Made by a program: the position numbers and the translations under genes. Positions 45,708 through 58,136 of a DNA stretch of 64,000 nt are shown here, piece by piece; within the stretch, counting starts at the first letter, position 1, and each line of letters starts with the position of its first letter. The notes below the pieces were generated by a model, which ran no database searches, had not been told where the DNA came from, and worked only from the letters and a program-made list of their open reading frames with translations. The DNA comes from Escherichia coli (GTDB lineage: Bacteria > Pseudomonadota > Gammaproteobacteria > Enterobacterales > Enterobacteriaceae). The stretch lies in assembly GCF_003018255.1 (NCBI RefSeq), contig NZ_CP027440.1; one strand, 5' to 3'.

Positions 45708-46835
45708 ATGCAGTGCGCACTTTACGACGCGGGTCGCTGTCGTTCCTGTCAGTGGATAACGCAGCCGATTCCAGAGCAACTCTCCGCTAAAACCGCCGAT
45801 CTTAAAAATCTGCTCGCCGACTTTCCGGTTGAGGAATGGTGCGCGCCGGTGTCAGGCCCGGAACAAGGGTTTCGTAATAAAGCCAAAATGGTGGTGAGTG
45901 GTAGCGTTGAAAAACCACTGCTCGGTATGCTGCATCGCGACGGCACGCCGGAAGACCTTTGTGACTGTCCGCTTTATCCTGCCTCATTTGCGCCCGTTTT
46001 TGCGGCGCTAAAACCGTTTATCGCCCGAGCGGGGTTAACGCCCTACAACGTGGCGCGTAAGCGTGGCGAACTGAAATACATTCTGCTGACTGAAAGCCAG
46101 AGCGATGGCGGCATGATGCTGCGCTTTGTACTGCGTTCTGATACCAAGCTGGCGCAACTGCGTAAGGCGCTGCCGTGGTTACAGGAACAACTACCGCAGC
46201 TGAAAGTTATTACCGTCAATATTCAGCCGGTACATATGGCGATTATGGAAGGGGAGACGGAGATTTACCTGACTGAACAACAGGCGCTGGCAGAGCGTTT
46301 TAATGACGTACCGCTGTGGATCCGTCCGCAAAGTTTCTTCCAGACTAATCCGGCGGTCGCCAGCCAGTTGTACGCCACCGCGCGCGACTGGGTACGACAG
46401 CTGCCGGTTAAACATATGTGGGATCTGTTCTGCGGTGTGGGGGGCTTTGGTTTACACTGCGCGATGCCTGACATGCAGTTAACCGGGATCGAAATTGCGC
46501 CAGAGGCCATTGCCTGTGCAAAGCAGTCAGCCGCTGAACTGGGCTTAACGCGTTTGCAATTTCAGGCGCTGGACTCCACTCAGTTTGCCACTGCTCAGGG
46601 GGAGGTGCCGGAGCTGGTGCTGGTTAACCCGCCGCGCCGCGGCATTGGTAAACCGCTGTGTGATTATCTCTCAACGATGGCACCGCGTTTTATTATCTAC
46701 TCCAGCTGTAACGCCCAAACCATGGCGAAAGATATCCGCGAACTGCCAGGTTACTGCATCGAACGGGTACAGCTTTTTGATATGTTCCCGCACACTGCGC
46801 ATTACGAAGTGCTGACACTGCTGGTTAAGCAATAA
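45708..46835 (+). CDS. rlmC: 23S rRNA (uracil747-C5)-methyltransferase
   Basis: 375-aa ORF; N-terminal Fe-S Cys cluster ([14 protein letters not shown]); SAM-dependent MTase domain. Confidence 0.9.
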   Translation: MQCALYDAGRCRSCQWITQPIPEQLSAKTADLKNLLADFPVEEWCAPVSGPEQGFRNKAKMVVSGSVEKPLLGMLHRDGTPEDLCDCPLYPASFAPVFAALKPFIARAGLTPYNVARKRGELKYILLTESQSDGGMMLRFVLRSDTKLAQLRKALPWLQEQLPQLKVITVNIQPVHMAIMEGETEIYLTEQQALAERFNDVPLWIRPQSFFQTNPAVASQLYATARDWVRQLPVKHMWDLFCGVGGFGLHCAMPDMQLTGIEIAPEAIACAKQSAAELGLTRLQFQALDSTQFATAQGEVPELVLVNPPRRGIGKPLCDYLSTMAPRFIIYSSCNAQTMAKDIRELPGYCIERVQLFDMFPHTAHYEVLTLLVKQ

Positions 46836-46858
46836 AAAAGCCGCAGGTGCGGCTTTCT
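46836..46858. terminator. Bidirectional intrinsic terminator between convergent rlmC and artJ
   Basis: Stem AGCCGCA / GCGGCT with 3-nt loop, flanked by an A-run and T-run. Confidence 0.75.
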
Positions 46859-46863
46859 GAATC

Positions 46864-47595
46864 TTACTGCGGGAACCACTGGTCATTGATTTTCTGATAT
46901 GTACCGTCAGCTTTAATTGCTGCCAGCGCGTTATTCAGTTTTTCCAGCAGAGCTTTGTTATCCGGACGTACAGCGATACCCAGGCCGGTGCCGAAGTATT
47001 GCGGATCGGTCACTTTTTCAGTCGCAACGCCCAGTTGCGGGTTGGTTTTCAGCCATTCATTAACCACCGCTGTGTCACCAAATACCCCATCAATACGGCC
47101 ATTTTTCAGATCGATAAAGGCATTCTGATAACTGTCATAGGAGACAGTTTTCACTTCCGGGTGCTGATCCTGAATATATTTCTGGTGCGTAGTACCGTTT
47201 TCCATCCCAATACGTTTGCCTTTCAGATCGGCAAACGTTTTGTAGGTATCTTTTTTGGCAATCACGACGGCTGAGTTTTCATAGTAGGGCGTGGTAAACG
47301 ATACCTGTTTGCTACGCTCTGGAGTGATATCCATACCGGAGATTACGGCGTCATATTTTCTGAATTTCAGTGACGGGATCAGGCTGTCGAACGCGTGATT
47401 AGTAAAAGTACATTCTGCCTGCATTTGTTTGCACAAGGCTTTTGCCAGGTCGATATCAAAGCCGACAATCTCATTATTAGCACCTATAGATTCAAAGGGT
47501 GGATAGGTGGCTGAAACGCCAAAATTGATTTTCTCTGCGGCAGAAGCACCGAAAGTAAAGGAAGCAAGTAATGCGGCAAGAACTAACTTTTTCAT
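46864..47595 (-). CDS. artJ: Arginine ABC transporter periplasmic binding protein
   Basis: ATG giving MKKLVLAALLASFTFGASA (signal peptide, 243 aa); paralog of artI. Confidence 0.9.
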   Translation of the reverse strand: MKKLVLAALLASFTFGASAAEKINFGVSATYPPFESIGANNEIVGFDIDLAKALCKQMQAECTFTNHAFDSLIPSLKFRKYDAVISGMDITPERSKQVSFTTPYYENSAVVIAKKDTYKTFADLKGKRIGMENGTTHQKYIQDQHPEVKTVSYDSYQNAFIDLKNGRIDGVFGDTAVVNEWLKTNPQLGVATEKVTDPQYFGTGLGIAVRPDNKALLEKLNNALAAIKADGTYQKINDQWFPQ

Positions 47596-47666
47596 GATGG
47601 AACTCCCGTCTGTCAATCTTATGATTTTTGGCCGTGTCTGCGGCATGGGATAACAATGCCATCAAG

Positions 47667-47684
47667 TGAATTTATATGCAATAA
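47667..47684. promoter_or_regulatory. Candidate ARG box (ArgR operator) upstream of artJ
   Basis: GTGAATTTATATGCAATA matches TnTGAATwwwwATTCAnw with one mismatch in the second half-site. Confidence 0.4.
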
Positions 47685-47710
47685 ATATGATTAAATAATT
47701 TAAATGAAAT

Positions 47711-47744
47711 AAAAAAAGACGGACAACTTAGTGAGTTGTCCGTC
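47711..47744 (-). terminator. Rho-independent terminator of the artPIQM operon
   Basis: Stem GACGGACAAC / GTTGTCCGTC with 7-nt loop, followed on the minus strand by a run of seven T. Confidence 0.8.
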
Positions 47745-47769
47745 TTCATTATAAGAATTTATGCACTAT

Positions 47770-47806
47770 GTAGGCCGGATAAGGCGTCCGCGCCGCATCC
47801 GGCATC
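47770..47806. repeat. REP element downstream of artM
   Basis: GTAGGCCGGATAAGGCGTCCGCGCCGCATCCGGCATC matches the REP consensus. Confidence 0.8.
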
Positions 47807-47820
47807 AGCACGCAGCCAAA

Positions 47821-48489
47821 TTAATTCCTTCGCTCAAACGCCAGCGCTTTACGCTCGATCAGACGCATCATCAGCGTCAGCAGGCCGTTAACGACCAGAT
47901 AAATAATCCCTGCCGCGCCGAACACCATGACATCGTAGGTGCGTCCGTACAACAACTGGCTGTATCCCATCACTTCCATCAGCGTAATGGTGTAGGCCAG
48001 CGAGGTACTTTTGAACACCAGCACTACTTCGTTGGAATAAGAAGAGAGCGAGCGTTTAAAGGCATACGGCAGCAGGATCGCCAGCGTATCTTTTTTGCTC
48101 ATTCCCAGGGCGCTACAGGACTGCCACTGACCTTCCGGGATCGCACGAATTGCACCGTAAAACAGCTGCGTGGTATACGCCGCACTGTTCAGCGACAACG
48201 CAATCAGCGCACACAGCCACGGTTCTGACAACAAATGCCACAGTGCCGGATACTCCTGCAACGTCGGGAACTGGCCCGGTCCGTAATAAATCAGGAAGAT
48301 CTGCACCAGCAGCGGCGTACCGGTAAACAGCGTGATATAGCCCCGCACCAGCCACACCAGCACCGGCGTTTTCAGCGTCAGGATGATGGTAAAAATCAAT
48401 GCCAGAATCAGTGCCACAATCAGCGAGGCAACGGTTAGCGTCAGGCTGGTGTGCAACCCTTTCATCAGTTCGGGTAAATACTCAAACAT
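47821..48489 (-). CDS. artM: Arginine ABC transporter permease
   Basis: 222-aa hydrophobic ORF; start overlaps the artQ stop. Confidence 0.9.
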   Translation of the reverse strand: MFEYLPELMKGLHTSLTLTVASLIVALILALIFTIILTLKTPVLVWLVRGYITLFTGTPLLVQIFLIYYGPGQFPTLQEYPALWHLLSEPWLCALIALSLNSAAYTTQLFYGAIRAIPEGQWQSCSALGMSKKDTLAILLPYAFKRSLSSYSNEVVLVFKSTSLAYTITLMEVMGYSQLLYGRTYDVMVFGAAGIIYLVVNGLLTLMMRLIERKALAFERRN

Positions 48490-49205
48490 TAGCTGGGCCT
48501 CCGCTCAAAACGTGTCGCGCGCAGGTCAATGCGTTTGAGAATGTACTGACTGAGCAGGGTGATCACCAGGTAAATCGCCGCCGCCACAATGTACCAGGTA
48601 AACGGTTCCTGGGTACGGGTAGCGATGCTTTTGGTTTGTAGCATTAAATCATTCACACTAATCAAACTGACCAGCGCGGTATCTTTCAGCAGCACCAGCC
48701 ACTGGTTACCGAGACCCGGCAGCGCATGACGCCACATCTGCGGCATCACCAGACGGAAAAAGATAGCCGATTTCGACAGCCCCAGCGCCTGACCAGATTC
48801 CCACTGGCCCACCGGCACCGCTTTCAACGCGCCGCGCAGCGTTTGCGAGGCATAGGCGGCATACAGCAGTGACAGAGCGATGACACCACAAAGGAACGGG
48901 CTAACGTCGAAGTTCTCAATGTCCATCTGCACCGGGATCTGCACGAACCCAAGATTGATAGTGAAGCCATCCGAAAGCGTCAGCAGCAGCTGCGAGGAGC
49001 CAAAATAGATAAACAGCACCACCAGAATTTCTGGCAGGCCGCGCAGAACCGTCACCAACGCTGAACCTGCCCACGCGACAGGACGCCATTTTGCAGACTC
49101 CCATACCGCAAAGAACATCGCCAGCGCCAGCCCGACAATCAATGCACAAACGGCAAGGCCGACGGTCATCCCGGCGGCGCTTGCTAAAGGAAAAAATTCA
49201 TTCAT
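48489..49205 (-). CDS. artQ: Arginine ABC transporter permease
   Basis: 238-aa hydrophobic ORF. Confidence 0.9.
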   Translation of the reverse strand: MNEFFPLASAAGMTVGLAVCALIVGLALAMFFAVWESAKWRPVAWAGSALVTVLRGLPEILVVLFIYFGSSQLLLTLSDGFTINLGFVQIPVQMDIENFDVSPFLCGVIALSLLYAAYASQTLRGALKAVPVGQWESGQALGLSKSAIFFRLVMPQMWRHALPGLGNQWLVLLKDTALVSLISVNDLMLQTKSIATRTQEPFTWYIVAAAIYLVITLLSQYILKRIDLRATRFERRPS

Positions 49206-49211
49206 CAGGAA

Positions 49212-49943
49212 TTACTTCTGGAACCATTTGTTGTAGATGGTTTCGTAAGTGCCATCTTTCTTCACTTTTTCCAGCGCAGTGTTGAGTTTCTGCTGCAGTT
49301 CAGTGTTGCCCTGGCGTACTGCGATGCCGAGGCCAGTACCGAAGTAATCTTTATCGGTCACTTTATCGCCCACTGCCGCCAGTTTCGGGTTATCTTTCAG
49401 CCATTCGGTTACCACTGCGGTGTCACCAAATACGCTGTCGATACGACCGTTTTGCAGATCCAGTTTTGCGTTCTGGTAACTGTCATATGGCACGGTAGTG
49501 ATTTCCGGATGCTTATCCATAATGAACTTCTGGTGTGTCGTCCCGTTCTGAACGCCGACTTTTTTGCCTTTCAGCTGATCAACACTGGTGTATTTGCCTT
49601 GCTGACCCACAAACAGGGCAGAGTTGTCATAGTACGGGGTGGTAAACAGCACCTGCTTTTCACGCTCCGGAGTGATATCCATGCCCGCCATCACTGCTTC
49701 TACGCGACGGAATTTCAGGCTTGGGATCAGGCTGTCAAACGCCTGGTTAGAGAAAGTGCAGGTTGCATCAATCTCTTTACACAATGCCTGCGCCAGGTCG
49801 ACATCAAAACCAACGATCTGGTTGTTTGCATCAATCGATTCAAACGGAGGATAGGAGGCTTCGGTGGCAAAACGAATGGTTTCGGCTGCTGTGGCGGAAA
49901 GACTAAAACCTGCAATTAACGCGGCAATCAGAACTTTTTTCAT
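49212..49943 (-). CDS. artI: Arginine ABC transporter periplasmic binding protein
   Basis: 243-aa ORF with signal peptide MKKVLIAALIAGFSLSATA. Confidence 0.9.
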   Translation of the reverse strand: MKKVLIAALIAGFSLSATAAETIRFATEASYPPFESIDANNQIVGFDVDLAQALCKEIDATCTFSNQAFDSLIPSLKFRRVEAVMAGMDITPEREKQVLFTTPYYDNSALFVGQQGKYTSVDQLKGKKVGVQNGTTHQKFIMDKHPEITTVPYDSYQNAKLDLQNGRIDSVFGDTAVVTEWLKDNPKLAAVGDKVTDKDYFGTGLGIAVRQGNTELQQKLNTALEKVKKDGTYETIYNKWFQK

Positions 49944-49960
49944 TGTTGTTATCCCGAATC

Positions 49961-50689
49961 TTAGTGAGAGAGATAGTTTTTAAATGCTTCGGTTTGCGGC
50001 TCGGTAAAGCAGCTCGCGTCGCCTTGTTCTACGATATGACCGTTTTCCATATACACCACTCGGCTGGCGGTTTTACGCGCCACTTCAACTTCGTGGGTGA
50101 CGATCACCTGGGTAATATTCGTTTCTGCCAGCTCACGAATGATGCTGACGATTTGTGCCGTAATTTCGGGGTCCAGTGCGGCGGTCGGTTCATCGAACAG
50201 CAGTACCTGCGGTTCCATCATCAACGCACGGGCAATAGCAACACGCTGCTGCTGACCTCCAGAAAGATGCAGCGGGTAACGATCGCTATAAGGTTTGAGA
50301 CGCAGACGTTCCAGCAGTTTTTCTGCACGGGCCAGCGCCTGATCTTTACTCAACCCCAGTACACGACAGGGCGCTTCAATCAGGTTTTGCTGCACGGTCA
50401 GATGCGGCCACAGGTTGTATTGCTGAAACACCATGCCAACGTTACGACGCAAATCGCGAATCGCTTTGTCAGAGGGGGTTTTGGTGAAATCGAAATGGTT
50501 GCCTGCAATGTTGAGCGTACCGGAGCGCGGCATCTCAAGCAGATTGAGTACACGCAGCAGCGAGCTTTTACCCGCGCCGCTGGGGCCAAGTAACACCAGC
50601 GTTTCGCCCTGTGGGCAATCCAGCGTGATATCGAACAGCGCCTGATGCGCGCCGTAGAAGCAATTAATGCCGTTTAATTGAATACTCAT
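49961..50689 (-). CDS. artP: Arginine ABC transporter ATPase
   Basis: ATG giving [21 protein letters not shown] (242 aa); Walker [10 protein letters not shown]; LSGGQQQR signature. Confidence 0.9.
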
Positions 50690-50744
50690 TGACACTCGTA
50701 TACTGGCAGTCTGATAGCTATTGAGGTCGAAGATAGTACCTTTG

Positions 50745-50762
50745 ACAGAATAATTATGCAAT
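50745..50762. promoter_or_regulatory. Candidate ARG box upstream of artP
   Basis: CAGAATAATTATGCAATA resembles the ARG-box consensus with one mismatch in each half-site. Confidence 0.35.
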
Positions 50763-50906
50763 ATTTCTGCTTTAAAAGTTAAAAGCAAAGCGCATTATTC
50801 AATAAACATAGCACAAAATAACGGGGGCGGTGGTCGGCGAGCATAAATGTCGGCATTCCTCACGAAATGCCGTACAATTTACGGGGTTTATTGGTTGATC
50901 AAGACG

Positions 50907-51422
50907 TTAGCGATTCTCGATGGACTGACGGAGCGTACCCGCTGTGGCATGAACGCTACCGCCTAAGTAGCGCACATCGTCGATGACCCAACACTGGCCT
51001 TCCTGAATCATTAACACTTCATCCTGCCAGCCCTGGTCACCCTGCTTGAGATCCACGCGCAATGGAATGTTACGGGCATCACGATTAGGGATAGTCGATG
51101 CACTGGCAACGTGGGCGCTGTCTGGCAAGGTGGTTCGACTGGAGAACGGATCGCTGCTTAACAATTCACGATGACTATTATCGCGGCTGGCATCGCTAAG
51201 TAGGGTTGCCAGTTTGTCACTCAAATAGGGGCGCAGAGCGGTAATGTCATTGCCGCGATGTTGAATGCGGTAGTCATAGAACTGTTGAGCCACGCTATCA
51301 GGCCCCCCCTGGACACAGGAACCGGTGCGGGGGCCGTTATCTTTATAAGCTGGCGTGACGGTGGTACAGGCACTGAGTAGCAGTGCGCAAGGGATAAGCA
51401 TGGTCAATTTGCTATAGCGCAT
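50907..51422 (-). CDS. ybjP: Lipoprotein of unknown function
   Basis: ATG giving MRYSKLTMLIPCALLLSACTT (lipobox LSAC). Confidence 0.8.
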   Translation of the reverse strand: MRYSKLTMLIPCALLLSACTTVTPAYKDNGPRTGSCVQGGPDSVAQQFYDYRIQHRGNDITALRPYLSDKLATLLSDASRDNSHRELLSSDPFSSRTTLPDSAHVASASTIPNRDARNIPLRVDLKQGDQGWQDEVLMIQEGQCWVIDDVRYLGGSVHATAGTLRQSIENR

Positions 51423-51547
51423 GATGATTTCCTTATAAGCGAACACCTTGAAAGCGTTCTACGATAATAATGATATCCTTTCAATAATAGCGTATCAGTC
51501 CGATAATGCTTTGAAGATCGAAGGCTTAGCAAACAAGGAGATCGATC

Positions 51548-51871
51548 ATGCAATTTTCTACAACCCCAACTCTGGAAGGCCAGACCATCGTCGAATATTG
51601 CGGTGTGGTGACCGGCGAAGCGATTTTAGGTGCCAATATTTTCCGTGATTTCTTTGCCGGTATCCGCGATATCGTTGGCGGACGCTCCGGGGCTTATGAA
51701 AAAGAATTGCGTAAAGCGCGGGAGATCGCCTTTGAGGAGCTCGGCGATCAGGCCCGGGCGCTGGGGGCTGATGCCGTAGTCGGTATTGATATCGACTACG
51801 AAACGGTCGGGCAAAATGGCAGTATGCTGATGGTTAGCGTCAGCGGTACGGCGGTGAAAACGCGTCGATGA
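51548..51871 (+). CDS. ybjQ: UPF0145 family protein
   Basis: 107-aa ORF; overlaps the amiD start by 4 nt. Confidence 0.8.
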
Positions 51872-52698
51872 GAAGAGTCTTTTGGCTGGTCGCTGTCGCT
51901 CTGTTACTGGCAGGGTGTGCAGGCGAAAAAGGCATTGTCGAGAAAGAGGGATATCAGCTTGATACCCGACGCCAGGCGCAGGCGGCGTATCCGCGCATTA
52001 AAGTGCTGGTTATCCACTACACCGCAGATGATTTTGATAGCTCGCTGGCGACACTGACCGATAAGCAGGTCAGCTCGCATTATCTGGTCCCTGCGGTACC
52101 ACCGCGATACAACGGTAAACCGCGCATCTGGCAACTGGTGCCGGAACAGGAACTGGCCTGGCATGCGGGGATTAGCGCCTGGCGCGGGGCAACGCGTCTT
52201 AACGACACCTCTATTGGCATTGAGCTGGAAAACCGTGGCTGGCAAAAATCATCCGGAGTGAAATATTTTGCCCCGTTTGAACAGGCACAGATTCAGGCGC
52301 TTATTCCGCTGGCGAAAGATATTATTGCCCGTTATCACATCAAGCCGGAAAACGTAGTGGCGCATGCGGATATTGCGCCGCAGCGCAAAGACGATCCGGG
52401 GCTGTTATTCCCCTGGCAACAACTGGCGCAGCAGGGGATTGGTGCCTGGCCGGATGCGCAGCGGGTGAACTTTTACCTTGCCGGGCGCGCGCCGCACACA
52501 CTGGTAGATACCGCATCATTACTGGAGCTTTTGGCGCGCTACGGTTATGACGTTAAACCTGATATGACACCGCGCGAGCAGCGGCGCGTGATTATGGCGT
52601 TCCAGATGCATTTCCGCCCGACGTTATACAACGGCGAAGCGGATGCAGAAACTCAGGCGATTGCCGAAGCGTTGCTGGAGAAATACGGGCAGGATTAG
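51868..52698 (+). CDS. amiD: N-acetylmuramoyl-L-alanine amidase (lipoprotein, Amidase_2/PGRP fold)
   Basis: 276-aa ORF; lipobox LLAGCAG. Confidence 0.85.
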
Positions 52699-53708
52699 CG
52701 CGGCAGTTTTCCGTGGTCGCGTAGCCAGGCGGCAGTTTTCTCGATACCTTCATCCAGGGTGATGACCGGCTGATAACCTAACTCTTCCTGCGCGCGCGTA
52801 ATATCCAGCGTAAAGTCAAAATTCAACTTGGAGACGCCGTAGTGGGTCAGCGGCGGCTCTTTTGCTGACTTGCGGCCTAAACGCTCCATGCTGCGGGCGA
52901 TCATATCCAGCATCGGGTAGGGGACGGAACGAATACGACAGTCAATATTCAACTCGTCGATCAGCTTCTGCACGATGCTGCGCAGTGTGCGATGCTCGCC
53001 GTTGGTGATGTTGTACACACGCCCGGAAGGTAGCTTATCGCAGGCTTCCTGGCTTGCCAGCCACATGGCGTGCACGGCATTTTCATAGTAGGTCATATCG
53101 ACCAGCGCACTGCCGCCATGCGGTAACAGAATGCTGCCGTAGTGGTGCATCATATGCGCCAGACGGGGAATAAAGACTTTATCGTGCGGTCCGAACAGAC
53201 TTTGTGGGCGCAGAATAGTAAAGCGCGTTTGTGGATTCGCCTGCGAAAGCATATTGATCACCTCTTCGCTGGCTGCTTTGCTACGGGCAAACTCGTTGGC
53301 GAAGCGGTGAGGGCGAAAATCTTCTTTAATATCGCGATGGTGGTGATAATCGAAGTACAGGGAGGGTGAAGAGATATGAATAAAGTTACGCACACCCCAG
53401 GCGACAGCCCATTCACCCAGGCGGCGAGTGGCGCGAACGTTAGCCAGATCGAAAGCCTGTTGTGTCCCCCAGGGCGAGGTAAAGCTGGAGCAGTGCCACA
53501 GCGTATCAATGCCCGCGAGCATCACTTTAGCTTGTGATGAGACCAGCTCGGTCAGATCCGCCGGAACAAACTCTGCGCCCATTTTTTCCAGCAATTTACC
53601 CATTGCCTCGTTGCGACCGGTCGCTCGCACGCTGATGCCTTTCTGGCATAAAAACTCTACCGCGTTTCGACCTAAGCCGCTGGTGGCGCCGGTAACCAGT
53701 ACCTTCAT
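52695..53708 (-). CDS. ybjS: NAD(P)-dependent epimerase/dehydratase-family protein
   Basis: ATG giving [20 protein letters not shown] (Rossmann GxxGxxG); 337 aa. Confidence 0.8.
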   Translation of the reverse strand: MKVLVTGATSGLGRNAVEFLCQKGISVRATGRNEAMGKLLEKMGAEFVPADLTELVSSQAKVMLAGIDTLWHCSSFTSPWGTQQAFDLANVRATRRLGEWAVAWGVRNFIHISSPSLYFDYHHHRDIKEDFRPHRFANEFARSKAASEEVINMLSQANPQTRFTILRPQSLFGPHDKVFIPRLAHMMHHYGSILLPHGGSALVDMTYYENAVHAMWLASQEACDKLPSGRVYNITNGEHRTLRSIVQKLIDELNIDCRIRSVPYPMLDMIARSMERLGRKSAKEPPLTHYGVSKLNFDFTLDITRAQEELGYQPVITLDEGIEKTAAWLRDHGKLPR

Positions 53709-53806
53709 ATCAATCCACTGTTGTTGAGAAAATAACGTGCGCATTCTTCCGTGATTTCCCCCATGATGCAATGGGAAACATGAAAGAATAACGCAGGTTT
53801 TGTCGA

Positions 53807-55237
53807 TTAATCTGTGCTTTGTTCTGCCAGTCTGGCGATTCGTTTTGCCATTCCGCGAAAAATAAACAGATGCGCGGGGATCATCAATAACCAGTAAAAC
53901 AGCCCCGGCATACCGTGCGGATGCCAGAATGCGCGAACATCGATAGTACGATAGTCACCTTTATCTTCCAGGGTAAAACACAGTCGTCCCAGCCCCGGCG
54001 CTTTCATGCCAAATAACAGCGTAAGTTGTTTTTCCGGTTCAACGACAATCACTTTCCAGCTATCCACCGCATCGCCGGTCTGCAAATATTCACGCTCCGG
54101 GCGGCCTTTCGCCAGCTTATGACCGATCGCGCGGTCCATCAACGCCCGTGTCTGCCACAAAATATTGCCAAAGAAATAACGCTCTTTACCGCCGATTTGA
54201 TTCACCACCTGCCATAAAGCCGCAAGGCTGGCGGACGCTTTAACGGTAAACCCCGCCTGTTTGGCGAAATAACCGTACTCCGGTCGCCAGCGGGCAAAGG
54301 CCTGAGCGTCGTAGCCCCAGTCGCTGGAGTTGACCAGCTTTTCTTCTTCTTTCAGGGTGCGACGTACCGCGTCATCGAAAGCGATCAGCCGTTGTGGGAT
54401 GAGTGCACGTAGCGCGGTGTCATCCGCCAGCAGATCATGTTTCAGCCCCTGAATCAACGCCCTGGCGGTGGTGGGCGGTACGGAAGTAATCACATTGAGA
54501 AACCACACCGAAATCCAGCGGGTGGGGAGGGGGATGGGGATCAACCAGCGGCGCTTACCGCTCACCGCCATAAAATGTTCAAACTGTTGCTGATAACTGA
54601 GCACTTCTGGTCCGGCGGCTTCGAAGATGCGATGTTCGCTGGCCGGATGATCTAACAGCGCCACCAGATAGTGCAGCAAGTTTTCCAGCGCGATGGGCGT
54701 GGTGCGTGAACGAACCCAGCGTGGCGGCGTTAACACCGGCAGGTTGTAGACCATATCGCGCATGACTTCGAACGCCGCTGAACCTGCACCAACGATTATT
54801 CCGGCACGTAGTTCGGTCACCGGGACACCCGCTTCACGAAGAATATCCGCCGTAGCCTGACGGGCGCGCAGATGGTCAGACTGCTCATGTGCCGGGGCCT
54901 GCAACGAACTGAGGAAGATTAATTGCTTAACAGGGACTTCGCGTAGCGCATCGCGGACGTTGAGAGCCACCTGGCGCTCCTGAGCGATAAAATCGCCGCC
55001 TTCGCCCATGCTGTGCACCAGAAAATAGACCGTATCGATATCCTGCAACAGGGCCGGAAGGTTATCCGGCCAGCTGAGATCGACTTTATGGCAACTGACG
55101 TTTGCCAGTTGCAGCTTTGCAAGCCTGTCGACATGACGTGCCGCCGCCAGGATCTGATGCCCTTGCTGGCTGAGAGTTCGCACCAGATGCTGACCAATGT
55201 AGCCACTGGCACCGAGAACTAAAATGCGTTGCGGCAC
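53807..55237 (-). CDS. ybjT: NAD(P)-binding (NmrA-like) protein with C-terminal membrane-associated domain
   Basis: Probable GTG start giving [19 protein letters not shown]; start uncertain, the track ORF extends to 55312. Confidence 0.7.
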   Translation of the reverse strand: MPQRILVLGASGYIGQHLVRTLSQQGHQILAAARHVDRLAKLQLANVSCHKVDLSWPDNLPALLQDIDTVYFLVHSMGEGGDFIAQERQVALNVRDALREVPVKQLIFLSSLQAPAHEQSDHLRARQATADILREAGVPVTELRAGIIVGAGSAAFEVMRDMVYNLPVLTPPRWVRSRTTPIALENLLHYLVALLDHPASEHRIFEAAGPEVLSYQQQFEHFMAVSGKRRWLIPIPLPTRWISVWFLNVITSVPPTTARALIQGLKHDLLADDTALRALIPQRLIAFDDAVRRTLKEEEKLVNSSDWGYDAQAFARWRPEYGYFAKQAGFTVKASASLAALWQVVNQIGGKERYFFGNILWQTRALMDRAIGHKLAKGRPEREYLQTGDAVDSWKVIVVEPEKQLTLLFGMKAPGLGRLCFTLEDKGDYRTIDVRAFWHPHGMPGLFYWLLMIPAHLFIFRGMAKRIARLAEQSTD

Positions 55238-55247
55238 GTCTCTCTCC

Positions 55248-56249
55248 TTAACGCGCCAGGAACGCACGCCAGTGGGCGGCAACTTCCGCCAGTTGTTCAC
55301 GCGAGACGTCAAGATGGGTCACCAGGCGGACAATCGGCGAGGCGTTAATCAGCACGTTTCTCGCTTTCATGTATTCGCCTAACGCGGCAGCATTTTCTTC
55401 CCCGACGCGAACAAACAGCATATTGGTGTCCTGACGCATCACATCCGCGCCTGCTTCACGCAACTGCTCCGCCATCCAGGCGGCGTTATCGTGGTCTTCC
55501 TGCAAACGTGCGACGTTATTTTTCAGGGCATACATCCCGGCGGCAGCCAGAATGCCGGACTGACGCATCCCGCCACCTGTCATTTTCCGCCAGCGAATGG
55601 CACGTTTAATGTAATCACGATTACCGACGAGTAATGAACCGACCGGCGTCCCAAGACCTTTCGACAGGCAAATGGTGAACGAATCACAATATTGCGTGAT
55701 CTCTTTCAGTTCGCAGCCGTAAGCCACCACGGCATTAAAGATGCGCGCACCGTCAACATGCAGCGCCAGATTGCGCTCGCGAGTAAATTCCCATGCTTCT
55801 TTCAGGTATTCCCGCGGCAACACTTTGCCGTTGTGGGTGTTTTCCAGACTGAGTAATTTGGTGCGGGCGAAATGGATATCGTCGGGTTTGATCTTCATCG
55901 CCACTTTATCCAGAGGTAGCGTGCCGTCGGCAGCCGCGTCGATGGGTTGCGGCTGAATACTGCCCAGCACTGCTGCGCCACCGGCTTCAAACAGATAGTT
56001 ATGCGCGGCCTGACCGACGATATACTCTTCGCCGCGTTCGCAGTGACTGAGCAGAGCGACCAGGTTGGCCTGAGTGCCGGTAGGCAGAAAAATGGCGGCT
56101 TCTTTACCGGAAAGCTCTGCTGCATAGTCCTGCAGAGCATTAACGGTAGGGTCGTCTCCGTAAACGTCGTCCCCAACCGGGGCGGCCATCATCGCTTCGA
56201 GCATGGCGCGGCTCGGTCGGGTAACGGTATCACTGCGTAAATCAATCAT
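55248..56249 (-). CDS. ltaE: Low-specificity L-threonine aldolase (PLP-dependent)
   Basis: 333-aa ORF ([33 protein letters not shown]). Confidence 0.9.
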   Translation of the reverse strand: MIDLRSDTVTRPSRAMLEAMMAAPVGDDVYGDDPTVNALQDYAAELSGKEAAIFLPTGTQANLVALLSHCERGEEYIVGQAAHNYLFEAGGAAVLGSIQPQPIDAAADGTLPLDKVAMKIKPDDIHFARTKLLSLENTHNGKVLPREYLKEAWEFTRERNLALHVDGARIFNAVVAYGCELKEITQYCDSFTICLSKGLGTPVGSLLVGNRDYIKRAIRWRKMTGGGMRQSGILAAAGMYALKNNVARLQEDHDNAAWMAEQLREAGADVMRQDTNMLFVRVGEENAAALGEYMKARNVLINASPIVRLVTHLDVSREQLAEVAAHWRAFLAR

Positions 56250-56285
56250 GGCATGTCCTTATTATGACGGGAAATGCCACCCTTT

Positions 56286-58004
56286 TTACCTTAGCCAGTT
56301 CGTTTTCGCCAGCTCGATCACTTCATCGCCGCGTCCGCTGATAATTGCGCGCAGCATATACAGGCTGAAACCTTTGGCCTGTTCGAGTTTGATCTGCGGT
56401 GGAATGGCTAACTCTTCTTTGGCGACCACCACATCCACCAACACCGGACCGTCGATGGAGAAGGCGCGTTGCAGGGCTTCATCGACTTCAGAGGCTTTTT
56501 CTACACGAATACCCGTAATGCCGCACGCTTCGGCAATGCGGGCAAAGTTGGTGTCGTGCAGCTCAGTACCGTCTGTCAGGTAGCCTCCGGCTTTCATCTC
56601 CATCGCCACAAAGCCCAGCACGCTGTTATTAAAGACGATAATTTTCACCGGCAGTTTCATCTGCACTACTGAGAGGAAATCGCCCATCAACATGCTAAAA
56701 CCGCCATCGCCGCACATGGCGACCACCTGACGTTCCGGCTCGGTTGCCTGCGCACCCAGCGCCTGCGGCATGGCGTTAGCCATCGAACCGTGGTTAAACG
56801 AACCTAACAGGCGACGCTTGCCGTTCATTTTTAGATAACGTGCCGCCCACACCGTTGGCGTACCAACGTCACAGGTGAAAATAGCGTCATCGGCGGCAAA
56901 ATGACTAATTTGCTGCGCCAGATATTGCGGGTGAATGGCTTTCTCGCTCGGTTTAGCTAAATCGTCCAGCCCTTTGCGGGCGTCGCGGTAATCTTCCAGC
57001 GCTTTATCCAGAAACTTGCGATCGGCTTTTTCTTCCACCAATGGCAGCAATGCACGCAGAGTCGACTTGATATCGCCGACCAGTGCCATATCAACCTTGC
57101 TGTGAGCGCCGATGCTGGCTGGGTTGATATCAATCTGAATGATTTTGGCATCGGTCGGGTAGAAGGCGCGGTAGGGAAATTGCGTGCCGAGTAGCACTAA
57201 CGTGTCGGCGTTCATCATGGTATGGAAACCTGACGAAAAGCCGATTAACCCGGTCATTCCAACATCATACGGATTATCGTATTCGACATGTTCTTTACCG
57301 CGCAGGGCATGAACTATAGGCGCTTTAATTTTCCCGGCAAACTCAACTAACTCTTTATGCGCCCCCGCGCAGCCGCTGCCACACATCAGGGCGATATTGC
57401 TGGAATAACGCAGCAGTTGCGCCAGTTTGCGTAACTCTTCTTCTTCCGGCGTCACGACTGGTTGTGGCGCATGATACCAGTGCGTGGTTGCCCCTTCTGG
57501 CGCAGGTTTTAACGCCACGTCGCCCGGTAACACGACAACGGAAACGCCACGGTTTAGCACCGCTTTGCGCATGGCAATCGCCAGCACTTGTGGGATTTGC
57601 TCCGGGCTGGAAACCAGCTCGCAATAGTGACTACATTCGCGGAATAACTCTTGTGGGTGGGTTTCCTGGAAATAGCCGCTGCCAATTTCGCTGGAGGGAA
57701 TATGAGCGGCAATCGCCAGTACCGGAACGTGATTGCGGTGGCAATCGAACAGGCCGTTGATTAAGTGCAGGTTGCCGGGGCCGCACGATCCGGCACAGAC
57801 CGCCAGTTCTCCGCTAAGTTGTGCTTCAGCGCCAGCGGCAAACGCCGCCACTTCTTCATGCCGGGTGGACATCCACTCGATGGTGCCCATGCGATTAAGA
57901 CTGTCACTAAGACCGTTCAGAGAGTCGCCCGTGACTCCCCAGATGCGTTTCACGCCTGCCGATTCGAGTGTTTTGGCGATATAAGCTGCAACCGTTTGTT
58001 TCAT
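56286..58004 (-). CDS. poxB: Pyruvate oxidase (ubiquinone), TPP/FAD enzyme
   Basis: 572-aa ORF of the TPP-enzyme family. Confidence 0.9.
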   Translation of the reverse strand: MKQTVAAYIAKTLESAGVKRIWGVTGDSLNGLSDSLNRMGTIEWMSTRHEEVAAFAAGAEAQLSGELAVCAGSCGPGNLHLINGLFDCHRNHVPVLAIAAHIPSSEIGSGYFQETHPQELFRECSHYCELVSSPEQIPQVLAIAMRKAVLNRGVSVVVLPGDVALKPAPEGATTHWYHAPQPVVTPEEEELRKLAQLLRYSSNIALMCGSGCAGAHKELVEFAGKIKAPIVHALRGKEHVEYDNPYDVGMTGLIGFSSGFHTMMNADTLVLLGTQFPYRAFYPTDAKIIQIDINPASIGAHSKVDMALVGDIKSTLRALLPLVEEKADRKFLDKALEDYRDARKGLDDLAKPSEKAIHPQYLAQQISHFAADDAIFTCDVGTPTVWAARYLKMNGKRRLLGSFNHGSMANAMPQALGAQATEPERQVVAMCGDGGFSMLMGDFLSVVQMKLPVKIIVFNNSVLGFVAMEMKAGGYLTDGTELHDTNFARIAEACGITGIRVEKASEVDEALQRAFSIDGPVLVDVVVAKEELAIPPQIKLEQAKGFSLYMLRAIISGRGDEVIELAKTNWLR

Positions 58005-58101
58005 GGTTCTCCATCTCCTGAATGTGATAACGGTTACAAGTTTAGTTCATCTGACGGAGGGGGAAGGGATGGGAGAAAAAGGAGGCACTAACGGTTAAAT
58101 A

Positions 58102-58128
58102 GCCCGATGAAAGGAATATCATCGGGCA
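58102..58128 (-). terminator. Hairpin downstream of hcr
   Basis: Stem GCCCGATG / CATCGGGC with 11-nt loop; T-rich tract on the minus strand; lies within the poxB upstream region. Confidence 0.5.
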
Positions 58129-58136
58129 TCAGGCGA

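Noticed and set aside
47761-48228. 155-aa plus-strand ORF
   Set aside because: Starts inside a REP element and runs antisense through artM; His/Gln/Arg-rich, an artefact of the opposite coding strand.
49943-50593. 216-aa plus-strand ORF
   Set aside because: Antisense to artP.
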